A DNA stretch of 64,000 bases from a virus (Duplodnaviria > Caudoviricetes). Positions 54,457 through 64,000 of this stretch are shown piece by piece. Where the stretch lies: the IMG/VR virus record IMGVR_UViG_3300008262_000001; one strand, 5' to 3'. The notes below the pieces were generated by a model, which was given only the letters and a program-made list of their open reading frames with translations, was not told the origin of the DNA and ran no database searches. The first letter of the stretch is position 1; the number at the start of each line of letters is the position of its first letter. A program made the translations under genes and the position numbers.

Positions 54457-55527
54457 TTAATTAGATAGTGGTGCTTTGATTGTTGGGTGAGATTGATAAT
54501 TATCTATTTGAAAATCTTTATAGGACCATTTACTTATGTCTTCCATAATAGAGTTACTATCTGACCTTAAATCGTTAATTTGCAGTTTAGGTAATGGGTA
54601 AGGTTCTCTACCAATTTGTTCTTTAGCCTGTTCAATATGATTTAAATACAAGTGAGTGTCCCCCAAATTACCAATCAATTCATCTGGAACCATATTAACT
54701 TCTTTAGCAATTATTTCAAGTAGTAGTCCGTATGATGCTATGTTGAATGGTAAACCTAAGAATGTATCTACTGAACGTTGATTCCACATTAAAGAGATTG
54801 CTCGTTTAGGATATCCATTATCGTCTAACCATTTATCATATGAATCTATTCTGTCAATACTATCAACCTTAAATAAATTCAATCTTTCTTCCAAACTCAA
54901 CTCTCTTGTATAAACTTGAAATCCATAATGACAAGGAGGAAGTACCATCCTGTCTAATTCGCTTACATTCCAAGCTGAAACCATTAATCGTCTACTGTCT
55001 GGGTTTGTTTTCAGTTCGTTGATTAGGTTTGCGATTTGGTCTATTTGTTTTGTATAAACACCAGGGTCTACTATTTTCTCATCACGAGTTGCATTTCGAC
55101 GCCATTTCCTCCACTGTGCTCCATATATTGGTCCTAATTCACCCCACTTTTTAGCAAACCCATCATCCGTTTTTATTTTGTTGATGAATTCTTCTTGTGT
55201 TATAATAGCGTTACCATCAATATATTCAATATTCGGTTCCCAATACTTGACATATGACTTATACGCATCACCATCCCAAATATGACAATTGTTATCAACC
55301 AAATACTTAATGTTAGTATCACCCCTTAAAAACCACAACAGCTCGGTCACCATTGTCTTCCACGCCATCTTCTTTGTTGTAAGAAGTGGGAATCCATTTT
55401 TCATATTATGACGGATGGTATAACCAAAAATTGATTTGGTTCCAGTACCAGTCCTGTCTTTCTTTTCAACACCATAATCCAAAATTGTTTGGAGTAGGTC
55501 TTGGTATTGCTTATCTAGAGAATTCAT
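54457..55527 (-). CDS. thyA: Thymidylate synthase
   Basis: DRTGTG, FPLLTTKK, LGPIYG, LPPCH, QRSVDTFLGLPFNIASY. Confidence 0.96.
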   Translation of the reverse strand: MNSLDKQYQDLLQTILDYGVEKKDRTGTGTKSIFGYTIRHNMKNGFPLLTTKKMAWKTMVTELLWFLRGDTNIKYLVDNNCHIWDGDAYKSYVKYWEPNIEYIDGNAIITQEEFINKIKTDDGFAKKWGELGPIYGAQWRKWRRNATRDEKIVDPGVYTKQIDQIANLINELKTNPDSRRLMVSAWNVSELDRMVLPPCHYGFQVYTRELSLEERLNLFKVDSIDRIDSYDKWLDDNGYPKRAISLMWNQRSVDTFLGLPFNIASYGLLLEIIAKEVNMVPDELIGNLGDTHLYLNHIEQAKEQIGREPYPLPKLQINDLRSDSNSIMEDISKWSYKDFQIDNYQSHPTIKAPLSN

Positions 55528-55533
55528 TTAATC

Positions 55534-55782
55534 TTATGTGTTTGTAATAAAAGCATCTATCTTACTTCTTTCTTGTTTCATCGAATCTGGATAACTTGTG
55601 TAATTAATAACTTGTCCCGAGCCGTCAACAATACTAAGCTCTCCGTCTAAAAAATAGAGAATTTCAGCTTTGGTTAAGCATCCTAATACATTTTTATCTG
55701 TTCCTCTAAGCACAAAATTTTCATTCGACTTTTCTAAAACCAATACTGGTCCTTCACTATTCAAAAGTTCCATAGATTTCAT
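55534..55782 (-). CDS. Hypothetical protein
   Basis: 82-aa ORF. Confidence 0.55.
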   Translation of the reverse strand: MKSMELLNSEGPVLVLEKSNENFVLRGTDKNVLGCLTKAEILYFLDGELSIVDGSGQVINYTSYPDSMKQERSKIDAFITNT

Positions 55783-55785
55783 CTC

Positions 55786-55914
55786 TTAACTTTTTGGTCC
55801 GTAGCCTCTGTTTTTTGATTCAATTAAACCTTTATTTACAATTTCTAAAAAATTGTCCAGCTTTTTCCATAGCCTTCGAATGTAATTCTTGAGGCAAATG
55901 AAACTATTTTTCAT
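55786..55914 (-). CDS. Small basic protein (start re-assigned)
   Basis: MKNSFICLKNYIRRLWKKLD... Confidence 0.45.
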   Translation of the reverse strand: MKNSFICLKNYIRRLWKKLDNFLEIVNKGLIESKNRGYGPKS

Positions 55915-56086
55915 ACTCTTCATAAGTGTATTCTCTGTTTGGTTCTTCATCGTTCCATGAGAGGGATTGAATGATACCTGCAGCAACCTTTTCTGTACAA
56001 AAAATGTGTGCAAAAGATTCGTGTCTTGTTATCTGACCAGTATCTGGATCTGTATCCTTCAAAATCAGCCTAAATTTTTTTTCCAT
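55904..56086 (-). CDS. Small hypothetical protein
   Basis: 60-aa ORF with an AT-rich promoter region upstream. Confidence 0.55.
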   Translation of the reverse strand: MEKKFRLILKDTDPDTGQITRHESFAHIFCTEKVAAGIIQSLSWNDEEPNREYTYEEYEK

Positions 56087-56218
56087 TAAGAATTCGTAAT
56101 AAAGATAAACAAACTATTTTAGCTTTCTGACGTTGTTAATAAGTTGATAAATCGTTACTTTTAAACAACAAAGCTTAAGTGTGATTAATTATATCTACTG
56201 GACTAGATTTGTTCCGGT

Positions 56219-56800
56219 CTATAGAGATCCGATAGTTGAAAGGATTCTGTCTAACTCAGATTTTAGCTCAGTCTGGTTTGGAGAAGATTCTAAGATGTTA
56301 TCTGCTAAGATTGCAAGTAAAGAAACAAGTTGATCAAATTCTTTATAGTACTTCATGTTAGCATCCCTTTTGTTCAAGGAAACAAGATCGACTGTGATTT
56401 CATTTAAAAAATCTAAAGCAGTTTGGATATTTCCTCTGTACTTAAATTCCCCGTCCTCATCATTCACGCTTGTTTCCATGAAGTCCTCAATTGAGTCACA
56501 AGCGACTTGTAATTCATTTTGTGTATTTGCTGATGAACTTGATTTAGATTTTATATCCTTTACATCTTCCACACTTAATTTGGTTACTAGATCTTTTGGA
56601 ACTTTAAAATTATTGCCAGAAGAATCCAAAGGATTTAGAACCCAAAATTCTGGTGTTTCATCTATAATTTGTCCTTTGCCTCTGTAAGTGTCAACATAAC
56701 TGCCAATTTCTATCCCCTCAGTCTCATCATGAATATAATCGCCAGGATCACTTAGGAATTTATCAAGATCAAAGTTTTCAAAAATTATTAGATGCTTCAT
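56219..56800 (-). CDS. CTS-like late protein (start re-assigned)
   Basis: MKHLIIFENF; GAATATATA 56816-56824. Confidence 0.7.
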   Translation of the reverse strand: MKHLIIFENFDLDKFLSDPGDYIHDETEGIEIGSYVDTYRGKGQIIDETPEFWVLNPLDSSGNNFKVPKDLVTKLSVEDVKDIKSKSSSSANTQNELQVACDSIEDFMETSVNDEDGEFKYRGNIQTALDFLNEITVDLVSLNKRDANMKYYKEFDQLVSLLAILADNILESSPNQTELKSELDRILSTIGSL

Positions 56801-56833
56801 GTAGATTTTATTGCTTATATATTCAGACAAACC

Positions 56834-57898
56834 CTATAAAGAATCTAATGTTATCGTGCTTACTAAATTCTCAGCATCTTTGTGTTGGATGAGGTCCCAA
56901 ACTTTCTCTGGTGATGCTTTTTTATCTTGTGTCATTTCTAGGGCTTTTCCTGTCCAGTCTGATTTTACCGCCATGTTTAAAGCTTGCATTTTCAAAGTTG
57001 CATCTTTATTTTCCATGGCTAAACATTCTGTTACTATTGAAGTAGCCTGGTTCAGCAGATGTTTACAGCAATCTTTATATTGTGTGCTAACTGGTATATC
57101 ATGAAAGGTAAAAATATCCTCGAAGTAATTAGAAGAGACACTATATCTTAAATCAACTAAAATCGCATTACTGATGCTTTCTATAGCTTTATTTTTGTTT
57201 GCTAATACTTCATGTGAGTGATTAGCTTCTGTGTTAGCTATTAAGTCAGAATGGATTTCTATAAGGGTGTTTAATGCTTGTAGCTCCTTCGCTCCTTCGA
57301 CTCCCTCAATAGTTAATCTTACATGATCATCGTTCAAAAGTCTTGAATAATTTGTGACTGGTAAATTGATTCCAAATGCCTTAGGTAAAAACTTTATCAG
57401 TAATTCTAAAACTTGTGATGGGTGAACTGTAGGAGTGTTCAACCAAAGATTGTTCGCAATTTGAGTAACAGGAGTAATTGAATTATAGCTTAAAAAGAAT
57501 TCACCGTCTATTTTAAATTCACCAAGATATTCCAATCCTGTAACTATATCAACACCTCCTCGAACAAGAATATCACCATCAGAAAAATCGTTTGGTAAAT
57601 TGAACCTTCCCTTAGAATCAGAAACGGTTTGATTGGTGGTGCCATCAGGATATAAAAAAGTTACAGTTGAACCAGAGAGGGGAGCATCTGAAATCACACC
57701 TGCAGCAGAACCAAATCCTCCAAGGGTTGACATAGAATAATCGCCGGTATCGTTGTCACCTTCTTCGTATGAAAAGGGAATCTTCCTATCTTTTTGTGAT
57801 TCGAATAGTGACCTTTCTCTTTTCCAGATTTCAAATTTAAACCTAAGTTGATCCTCTGATAAACCTGGGTGTTTTGATCTGAAATCGCTAATTTTCAT
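56834..57898 (-). CDS. Late hypothetical protein with a prealbumin-like beta domain
   Basis: DAPLSGSTVTFLYPDG...TVSDSKGRF; GATATATA 57906-57913. Confidence 0.6.
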   Translation of the reverse strand: MKISDFRSKHPGLSEDQLRFKFEIWKRERSLFESQKDRKIPFSYEEGDNDTGDYSMSTLGGFGSAAGVISDAPLSGSTVTFLYPDGTTNQTVSDSKGRFNLPNDFSDGDILVRGGVDIVTGLEYLGEFKIDGEFFLSYNSITPVTQIANNLWLNTPTVHPSQVLELLIKFLPKAFGINLPVTNYSRLLNDDHVRLTIEGVEGAKELQALNTLIEIHSDLIANTEANHSHEVLANKNKAIESISNAILVDLRYSVSSNYFEDIFTFHDIPVSTQYKDCCKHLLNQATSIVTECLAMENKDATLKMQALNMAVKSDWTGKALEMTQDKKASPEKVWDLIQHKDAENLVSTITLDSL

Positions 57899-57923
57899 AT
57901 TAGCTTATATATCTTGAATAGGT

Positions 57924-58910
57924 CTACTTGTTAAACCCCAAATTACCACCCTTTTTGATTGATGGTGACTTTTTCATTTCTTTTAAACTACTGATAGCAT
58001 CTTCGAAATCCTTTCCCATAACTACAACACTTATGATGAGTTCTTTTAAATGTGAGAGGGACATGTTGTCAGTTTCTTCTACCCATTTATCAACATCGAT
58101 ATTGGAGATATCTTGTTCAGACAATTTGTTTGTAATGTAAGATTTCCTAATTTCAGAAGAAGGCATTTCCACCTTGTACCTTCTATCAAATCTCGATGGA
58201 CGATTTGTAATTCTTTCTTGTAGTTTTTCTGGGTAGTTAGTTGTTGCAATATAGACTACATTTTCTATTTGCTTAACACCATCTAAAATATTTAGAAGCT
58301 TGGTTGTGGAATAACGATCTTCACTTGCTAAAGAATCTATATCTTCTAAAATAACAATGAGAGGTCTTTCTGGTTCTATTTTCCTGAGGGTTGGAATAAA
58401 ATCTATAAAATTTTTAAAATCTTCCTCTTCTTTAATATTTACGACTATTCCTTTTTCTTTTTCAATTAATTTTTTTATACACAATTGGATAATTCCAGAT
58501 TTTCCACATCCCGGATCTCCCCAAAGTAAAATGCCTCTTTTATGTACAAAATTATATTCTTTGTAAACTGACTTTTTATCCCAAAAAAGCTGTATGTCAC
58601 TCAATATACTAGAGATCTCAGGGGAAGGAAGCTCATAAAGTTCATCAATATTTAGCTTCTGCTTAACCATAATATGAGACTGTATGTTCGAACTCCAAGA
58701 TATTTCGTAAAGTCCAGCCGGAATTTGTGGAACGGAAACATAAGAAGGTGCAAAAGTATCATTCTGTAAAATGGACCATCTTGTGGGCGATTGTGTGTCA
58801 ATATCGTCAACTTCCTCGCTAAATGGATCTATGAAAGGTGTCATTTCTATTTTCTCTCTCATCTTTTTTAGAAAATTATTCGTATCTCTTTGTATCTTTT
58901 TATTTTTCAT
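57924..58910 (-). CDS. AAA+ ATPase
   Basis: GILLWGDPGCGKS, VILEDID, ATTNYPEKL...RPSRFD. Confidence 0.9.
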   Translation of the reverse strand: MKNKKIQRDTNNFLKKMREKIEMTPFIDPFSEEVDDIDTQSPTRWSILQNDTFAPSYVSVPQIPAGLYEISWSSNIQSHIMVKQKLNIDELYELPSPEISSILSDIQLFWDKKSVYKEYNFVHKRGILLWGDPGCGKSGIIQLCIKKLIEKEKGIVVNIKEEEDFKNFIDFIPTLRKIEPERPLIVILEDIDSLASEDRYSTTKLLNILDGVKQIENVVYIATTNYPEKLQERITNRPSRFDRRYKVEMPSSEIRKSYITNKLSEQDISNIDVDKWVEETDNMSLSHLKELIISVVVMGKDFEDAISSLKEMKKSPSIKKGGNLGFNK

Positions 58911-59934
58911 TCAATAAAAATCTGTTACTTATCACTTTGAATGATATCTTTCTATCTAGACTTCTTATTACTACACCCTCTCTATCAAAATTTTTGTTCA
59001 AGCAAGATTTGTTATCGGAATATAAAAGAAGCTCATCGATTGTACCAGGAAGCTCGAAATTTGTTTCTAAAATGGGTACAGGGGTCAAACCTAATGATGA
59101 CATGAGAGAAGAGAAACTGGAAAAATCTAAATACCTCCCTTCATCGATATTATACACATTAAAAAAGAAAACAGTTTGACCTATAATTTTATAAGGATTA
59201 CTTTGCACGCCTTCCCCTACTAATTCTCCTTGCAAAGAAGCGTTGAATCCTAAGGATTTTAGTTTATTCTCCAAATCTAATGTTCTTGCTACTTTCCAAA
59301 AAGTATTGTCAGGAGTTTCTAAAAGTTCGAGATTTCTCGAACAAACACCAAATTCTCCGTCTTTGAAATAATATGTGGCAGAACTTCCGTCCAGTTTTTC
59401 TGTAACATAGTATTGACCTGAATTCTCTTTGAAAACAGAATATGATTCTGTCAAATTTTGTATACGCTCCTCGTCGGTTTTAGGAATAAAAGACGGAAAT
59501 AATCCCTTTGCAATTCCTGCTAGAGAAGCTGGAACAGGAGGTTCATATTTGATGATTCCTAAGCATTCTGAAACGTCCTGTCCTTCTTCCCAATTTGTAG
59601 TATCAAATTGATTTCTAATTGAGATCTGCTGAGCACTTTTTAGAGCAATAATTAATCCCTGGGAAATCTGTCCCCGGAGTTTAATTGTTTTCAGTCTAAA
59701 TCCCTCAGATCCGTCGCTCATTTTTTTGTAAGAGCTTTTTCTAAGAAATTCAAATTCTGGTTCTATAGGAAGAAAAGAATCAATTTCACAATAAACAACT
59801 TTGTCACCTTCCTGGTGATTTACATTTTTAGCAACAACAACACTCCATCCATTAACTATGGCCAATTCAATAGCGTCTGCCCCTTCAATTGGCAATATTT
59901 GTTTGATTGTTTGTACAGTAGCAAGTTTTCTCAT
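58900..59934 (-). CDS. ATP-dependent RNA ligase, DRB0094/Rnl5 family
   Basis: N-terminal OB-like domain (RKLATVQ...LRGQISQG); TEKLDGSS, QGELVG, EGVV, FKVIS motifs. Confidence 0.88.
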   Translation of the reverse strand: MRKLATVQTIKQILPIEGADAIELAIVNGWSVVVAKNVNHQEGDKVVYCEIDSFLPIEPEFEFLRKSSYKKMSDGSEGFRLKTIKLRGQISQGLIIALKSAQQISIRNQFDTTNWEEGQDVSECLGIIKYEPPVPASLAGIAKGLFPSFIPKTDEERIQNLTESYSVFKENSGQYYVTEKLDGSSATYYFKDGEFGVCSRNLELLETPDNTFWKVARTLDLENKLKSLGFNASLQGELVGEGVQSNPYKIIGQTVFFFNVYNIDEGRYLDFSSFSSLMSSLGLTPVPILETNFELPGTIDELLLYSDNKSCLNKNFDREGVVIRSLDRKISFKVISNRFLLNEK

Positions 59935-60218
59935 CTTTTTATTTTAATTATTGCTTGTTCGTAATCTTTTTGCCCGATATTATAAAAATCAACATCTACT
60001 GAAACACTGGACCATTTCGGATTGACCCCCGTCCAAATCTCTTGTGAGTCCCTGTATATTATTTTACAATTCTCGATTTTGTTTCCTAAAACTTGCCTAA
60101 TTTCCAATAAGGCATTTTCAATGTCATTGGTCAAAGACTTGTTCCCAAGATTTAAATCTATCAAACTAATCACATCATCTTTTAGTTTCCAGGTATAATC
60201 ACTTTTTCCTATCCTCAT
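59931..60218 (-). CDS. Hypothetical protein
   Basis: 95 aa; TATTTTTG -7 element at 60230-60237. Confidence 0.6.
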   Translation of the reverse strand: MRIGKSDYTWKLKDDVISLIDLNLGNKSLTNDIENALLEIRQVLGNKIENCKIIYRDSQEIWTGVNPKWSSVSVDVDFYNIGQKDYEQAIIKIKR

Positions 60219-60313
60219 AGTTTTTTTTACAAAAATAGAAAACCAATTCGAAATAAAAAAAGAATACTATCAAATTGTTAGCAATTGAATGTCAGAAATC
60301 AATATATAAATGT

Positions 60314-60700
60314 ATGGATCTTCTTGATAGTGGATGGTATTATAAAGAGCCCATAGATTTCGAACATAAACAATGGGTTCTGTTCGCCTATTTACAAAAG
60401 GTTGATGATGCCTTTTATAGTCGAATTTTTTCCCCGTGGTTATTACACACAGAAAAAATCACAGATGACATGAAAATATCCCTAGGATATTTAGAGAGCT
60501 TTAAAAAGGGATTAACAAAAAAATCAATACTTTTTTCTGTCGAAGGGTTAAGTTTAATAGAGAACAAACCAGCAACTAAAGAAATAGATATAGTACAAGA
60601 AATAGTGCAATTCTCAATTCCCCTTTTAGAGCAGAGAATTGATCTAGGAAGAAAATTACACTCACAATATCCAACAATTCTATATGACAAACAACTATAA
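60314..60700 (+). CDS. Hypothetical late protein (start re-assigned)
   Basis: AATATATA at 60301-60308. Confidence 0.6.
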   Translation: MDLLDSGWYYKEPIDFEHKQWVLFAYLQKVDDAFYSRIFSPWLLHTEKITDDMKISLGYLESFKKGLTKKSILFSVEGLSLIENKPATKEIDIVQEIVQFSIPLLEQRIDLGRKLHSQYPTILYDKQL

Positions 60701-60881
60701 TGAATATTTAGAGCAGATAAAGAAGAAACTTGATGCTTTAAACAAAGCTGCAGGAGTTAATCCTCAGGAAAATATACAGATCCAAAACCACAGAAACAAT
60801 GGAATGCCTGGCAATGACATTTTCGATATGCTAGGAAACGGAGCTAAAATGTGGATGGAAAAAAATAACAATTCCAAATAA
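60684..60881 (+). CDS. Small hypothetical protein
   Basis: 65-aa ORF overlapping the upstream gene. Confidence 0.5.
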   Translation: MTNNYNEYLEQIKKKLDALNKAAGVNPQENIQIQNHRNNGMPGNDIFDMLGNGAKMWMEKNNNSK

Positions 60882-60939
60882 TGCTCAAAACATTATCGTA
60901 ACTTAATGGTCAGTTGGAATAGAATTAGAAAAAGATGAG

Positions 60940-61818
60940 ATGAGAGATTTTAAAATATCTATAAGATATACTGATCCGTCAAAAAACCTTGCTAGATATT
61001 TTGCAGAGGTAACAAAAGAGAAAATGCTTTCCGTACAAGAGGAGGCAGAACTTGCAAAACTAGCTAAAGAAGGTGATCAAGAAGCAAAAGAAAAAATTAT
61101 CAAGTCAAATCTCAGGTTTGTAATTTCAGTAGCTAAATCTTACGCATCAAGTAAATATCCAGTCGAGGATATTATTTCTGAAGGAAACAGAGGACTAATA
61201 GAAGCAATAGATAATTTTGATCCTTCTCAGGGATTTAAATTTATAAGCTATGCTGTGTGGCATATCAGAAAAAATATTCTATCTTTCTTAAATACACACT
61301 CAAGAACAATCAGACTTCCACAAAATGTGATTAGTGAAATGAGAAGGTATCAGGAAGCAGAAAACTTTTTTATAGCAGAGCATAGTAGAGAACCTTCGGT
61401 AGACGAAATCCTCAGACTTATAGACGAAAAAGGAATGAAGCCTTTTCCGTCAGCAGTGATTGAAACTATAACGAACAAACCCGTTCAGGTTTCACTAGAT
61501 TATGACACTGATGGAGAGGGAGAAAAAGCTTATTCTCCTATTAACTGGATTTCATCTGAAGAAAACACGGAGGATCGGATTTTTAAAAGAGATGAACAGG
61601 AAGCAATCCGTTTAATTTTTTCATTCTTAAAACCTTTCGAAAAGGAAATTGCTGAAATGAAATTCGGTTTAGGTGAAAGTGGAGTGGAAAAAACTTTTAA
61701 TGAAATAGGAATCCACTTTGGTAAAAGCTCCGAATGGGCAAGGGGAACCTTTCGAAAAATAGAAAGAAAAATGAGAAGAATAGCAAGATTAAAAGGAATA
61801 AAATCTAGCTCTATGTAA
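60940..61818 (+). CDS. Sigma70-family RNA polymerase sigma factor, Bacteroidota primary-sigma-like (no region 1.1)
   Basis: SNLRFVISVAKSY, DIISEGNRGLIEAIDNFDPSQGFKFISYAVW, IRLPQN, C-terminal HTH. Confidence 0.9.
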   Translation: MRDFKISIRYTDPSKNLARYFAEVTKEKMLSVQEEAELAKLAKEGDQEAKEKIIKSNLRFVISVAKSYASSKYPVEDIISEGNRGLIEAIDNFDPSQGFKFISYAVWHIRKNILSFLNTHSRTIRLPQNVISEMRRYQEAENFFIAEHSREPSVDEILRLIDEKGMKPFPSAVIETITNKPVQVSLDYDTDGEGEKAYSPINWISSEENTEDRIFKRDEQEAIRLIFSFLKPFEKEIAEMKFGLGESGVEKTFNEIGIHFGKSSEWARGTFRKIERKMRRIARLKGIKSSSM

Positions 61819-62134
61819 GTTTTACTTCTTGTATTTTAAAAGGCAATTGTTTTTTATAATAGTATAGATGGAAGAAAATGTATTCTTCCTCATTCATGTA
61901 TCCCATTGCAAATTGTCTTTTACCCCATTCAACATCTTTTCTACTTTTCAAATATTTGTGGGCAATCTCCCCGCCTTTTTCTATATCTTCTTTCAATTTA
62001 TTATTTAACTGTTTACGAATGGCTTCACATTTTCTTTTTGAAAGAGAAATTTCTTGGATCCATTCATACATTTTGTCTTTCTCATAATAACAACCCATGA
62101 TCATGTAAACAACATCAGGACTTTTTGCTTTCAT
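61811..62134 (-). CDS. Hypothetical protein (start re-assigned to MKAKS)
   Basis: Upstream in-frame region is occupied by another small ORF. Confidence 0.55.
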   Translation of the reverse strand: MKAKSPDVVYMIMGCYYEKDKMYEWIQEISLSKRKCEAIRKQLNNKLKEDIEKGGEIAHKYLKSRKDVEWGKRQFAMGYMNEEEYIFFHLYYYKKQLPFKIQEVKLT

Positions 62135-62264
62135 TTTTGAGATTAATTTTTTTCCATTCGATTCTTTTCTTCCACATTTCCTGCTTATATCCATTGGTGA
62201 AAAACCAACCAATAGACTTATCTAAAAAATAGTCTATGTAGAGCAGTGCAAGTTTGAAGTTCAT
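62115..62264 (-). CDS. 49-aa hypothetical protein (not in ORF track)
   Basis: MNFKLALLYIDYFLDKSIGWFFTNGYKQEMWKKRIEWKKINLKNESKKS. Confidence 0.5.
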   Translation of the reverse strand: MNFKLALLYIDYFLDKSIGWFFTNGYKQEMWKKRIEWKKINLKNESKKS

Positions 62265-62492
62265 AAACACAAGATTAATCAACTATCGCTCAGTAGAAAA
62301 AGAAACTTTTTAGCACTTTACTGTTAAATCATAGATGATCTTAGTTTTTACTATAATTTTTCTTATTGTAAATCAACTGATTGGGTTTCTATTGATTGAT
62401 CTTGAAAAGAGACCATATGATCCTGTAGGGTCAGTATTTTTTATAAATTTCTGGAGTGTGGTACTTCTTTGGAGATTTTTCCAAAGAAAAGA

Positions 62493-63095
62493 CTAATGCC
62501 ACCAGGCCCTCATATCACTTCCATCATATTGACTATCGAAGTCATCTGAGTTATCAAAAATTGCCTTGTAATCAGGACCTTTGATAATAGCAATGATTTC
62601 TTCCCAGTGATCTTGAGCAATTTCTTTTGATCTTCTCATCACTTTTAAATTGTGACTTTTCTCTTCAGGAAGTCCCGTATCAATCATCCTGTACGTCATA
62701 CCATCACCAGAAGGTTCCCAGACTATTTCTGTATTAATGATCGGTCCTAATTCTTTCTCTGCCAATCCCATGTAGTCATCTTTCAAGAAAATATCTAAAA
62801 GGTAAGAGAGTCTTTTCATTTTCTCAACCTTTTTATTTTTACTTACAGTTTCTTCAAACGAATATTTGTCGATATACTTTGCTATATCATCTAAGGATGT
62901 TTTTACCAAAGGAAGAATAGAATGAGCTCCATTGTAGTTATTGTAATTCCAAAGATCCTTTCTAAAAACCCAGAGATTTCTAAAAAATCTAGGCAGGTCA
63001 TATCTAAATAAATCGTAAATCTTCCAATGTGCCATTCTCCTTGAAGAAATCTTCATCAGGTTTTTCATGAAGGTGTTTGTGAATTTGAGTTCCAT
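62493..63095 (-). CDS. Hypothetical protein
   Basis: 200-aa ORF; ATATATA upstream. Confidence 0.7.
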   Translation of the reverse strand: MELKFTNTFMKNLMKISSRRMAHWKIYDLFRYDLPRFFRNLWVFRKDLWNYNNYNGAHSILPLVKTSLDDIAKYIDKYSFEETVSKNKKVEKMKRLSYLLDIFLKDDYMGLAEKELGPIINTEIVWEPSGDGMTYRMIDTGLPEEKSHNLKVMRRSKEIAQDHWEEIIAIIKGPDYKAIFDNSDDFDSQYDGSDMRAWWH

Positions 63096-63157
63096 AGTTT
63101 ATATATGACTGGGTTTAAAACGTAGGTGGGATAAATACATTACAAATATAAGAATAA

Positions 63158-64000
63158 ATGAAACACCTCAAACCAATAGAAGAGTTTATAAACGAACAAC
63201 TTTTTAGAAATGCCTATGGAAAGTTTCTAGACCTATTAGGATTGGGTGGACCAGAAGAAGTTAAAGACCCTAAACCTTCTATAGTTGGTGGTAGTGTGAG
63301 ATTTTCAGGTTCAGGTGATAAGGGTAAAAATATTCAGCTTCTTATTGACGCAATGAAAAAGCACGGGATCACAAATCCTTTCACACAAATAGCAATTCTT
63401 GGAGTAGTAGGAAAAGAAAGTGGTTACATTCCAAAAATAGAAAAAGGATACGGAAATACCTCACCGGAAAGAATTAGAAAAATATTTGGAGCAAGAGTAA
63501 ACGATCTGACAGATGCTCAAATCGATCAAATCAAGACAAATGATGAGAAATTCTTTGATCTCGTTTATGGACCAGGTGATAAAACAGGGAAGTCTCAGAA
63601 ATATGGAAATTCAGCTCCAGGAGACGGTTGGAAATTTAGAGGAAGAGGTTTCAACCAATTAACCTTCAAAGGATCATATGAAAAAATGCAAAAGTTATAT
63701 GATTCAAAAGGAAAGCTAAACAGACAAGTAAACATTGTAACAAATCCAGATTTACTTGATGATCCGGAAGTTGCAGCAGAATTTGCGGTTCTTTATTTCC
63801 TATCTAGAGCATCAAGTCCGCAAATGGCTCAAAAATTTGGTGTTGCAGATATAAACGGTTTTAAAGATCAATTCACTGCTACCAAAGCAATGACTAATGC
63901 AAATGCTGGTTGGGGTAACGATGTTACCAATGACGAAGGATTCGTACGTGCCCAACAATTTGCAGCTAATTTTTCAGTTGATCTATCTTCAGGAACCGCA
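63158..64000 (+). CDS. GH19 chitinase/lysozyme-fold peptidoglycan hydrolase with CTS-like N-terminus (runs off window end)
   Basis: Manual translation MKHLKPIEEFINEQ...VGKESG...GDGWKFRGRGFNQLT; GATAAATA 63130-63137. Confidence 0.85.
   Translation, partial: MKHLKPIEEFINEQLFRNAYGKFLDLLGLGGPEEVKDPKPSIVGGSVRFSGSGDKGKNIQLLIDAMKKHGITNPFTQIAILGVVGKESGYIPKIEKGYGNTSPERIRKIFGARVNDLTDAQIDQIKTNDEKFFDLVYGPGDKTGKSQKYGNSAPGDGWKFRGRGFNQLTFKGSYEKMQKLYDSKGKLNRQVNIVTNPDLLDDPEVAAEFAVLYFLSRASSPQMAQKFGVADINGFKDQFTATKAMTNANAGWGNDVTNDEGFVRAQQFAANFSVDLSSGTA

Noticed and set aside
56121-56176. Imperfect inverted repeat AGCTT..GTTGTT/AACAAC..AAGCT as a second attC
   Set aside because: Box order is inverted relative to RYYYAAC...GTTRRRY and the spacing does not fit
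62213-62492. Apparent non-coding gap or TAG read-through of 62493..63095
   Set aside because: Partly filled by a 49-aa ORF; the in-frame extension meets TGA within about 40 codons and has no support

Overview
AT-rich, densely coding 64-kb fragment of a T4-like jumbo myophage that uses the standard genetic code. The host is most likely Bacteroidota: TAnnTTTG promoters are present, starts are A-rich without Shine-Dalgarno sites, and the phage encodes a short Bacteroidota-type primary sigma homolog. Core genes: terminase, neck/tail-terminator-like proteins, gp46/47, gp41 helicase and UvsX. Nucleotide metabolism: ThyA, a second dCMP-type thymidylate-synthase homolog, an IMPDH/GMP reductase and an HD nucleotidase. 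Also present are a 15-kb block of beta-helix and collagen-like fibre genes, four tRNAs with an embedded homing endonuclease, and many accessory genes. Main observations: (1) an unannotated 19-codon leader ORF rich in ATA/TTA/AGR codons, followed by mutually exclusive antiterminator/terminator hairpins, sits directly upstream of the tRNAs that read those codons, which suggests a ribosome-sensing attenuator of a phage tRNA operon; (2) a Ro60/TROVE gene is preceded by two tandem Y-RNA-like structured RNAs, one with an unfamiliar pseudoknotted domain; (3) a dispersed RNA-repair kit; (4) about 14 late genes share a T4 capsid-targeting-like N-terminus; (5) a lone attC-like site; (6) a GAAAC-N17-TATAAW promoter class plus a sigma factor with altered recognition helices. 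All structural and functional calls come from manual reading; no searches or folding programs were run.
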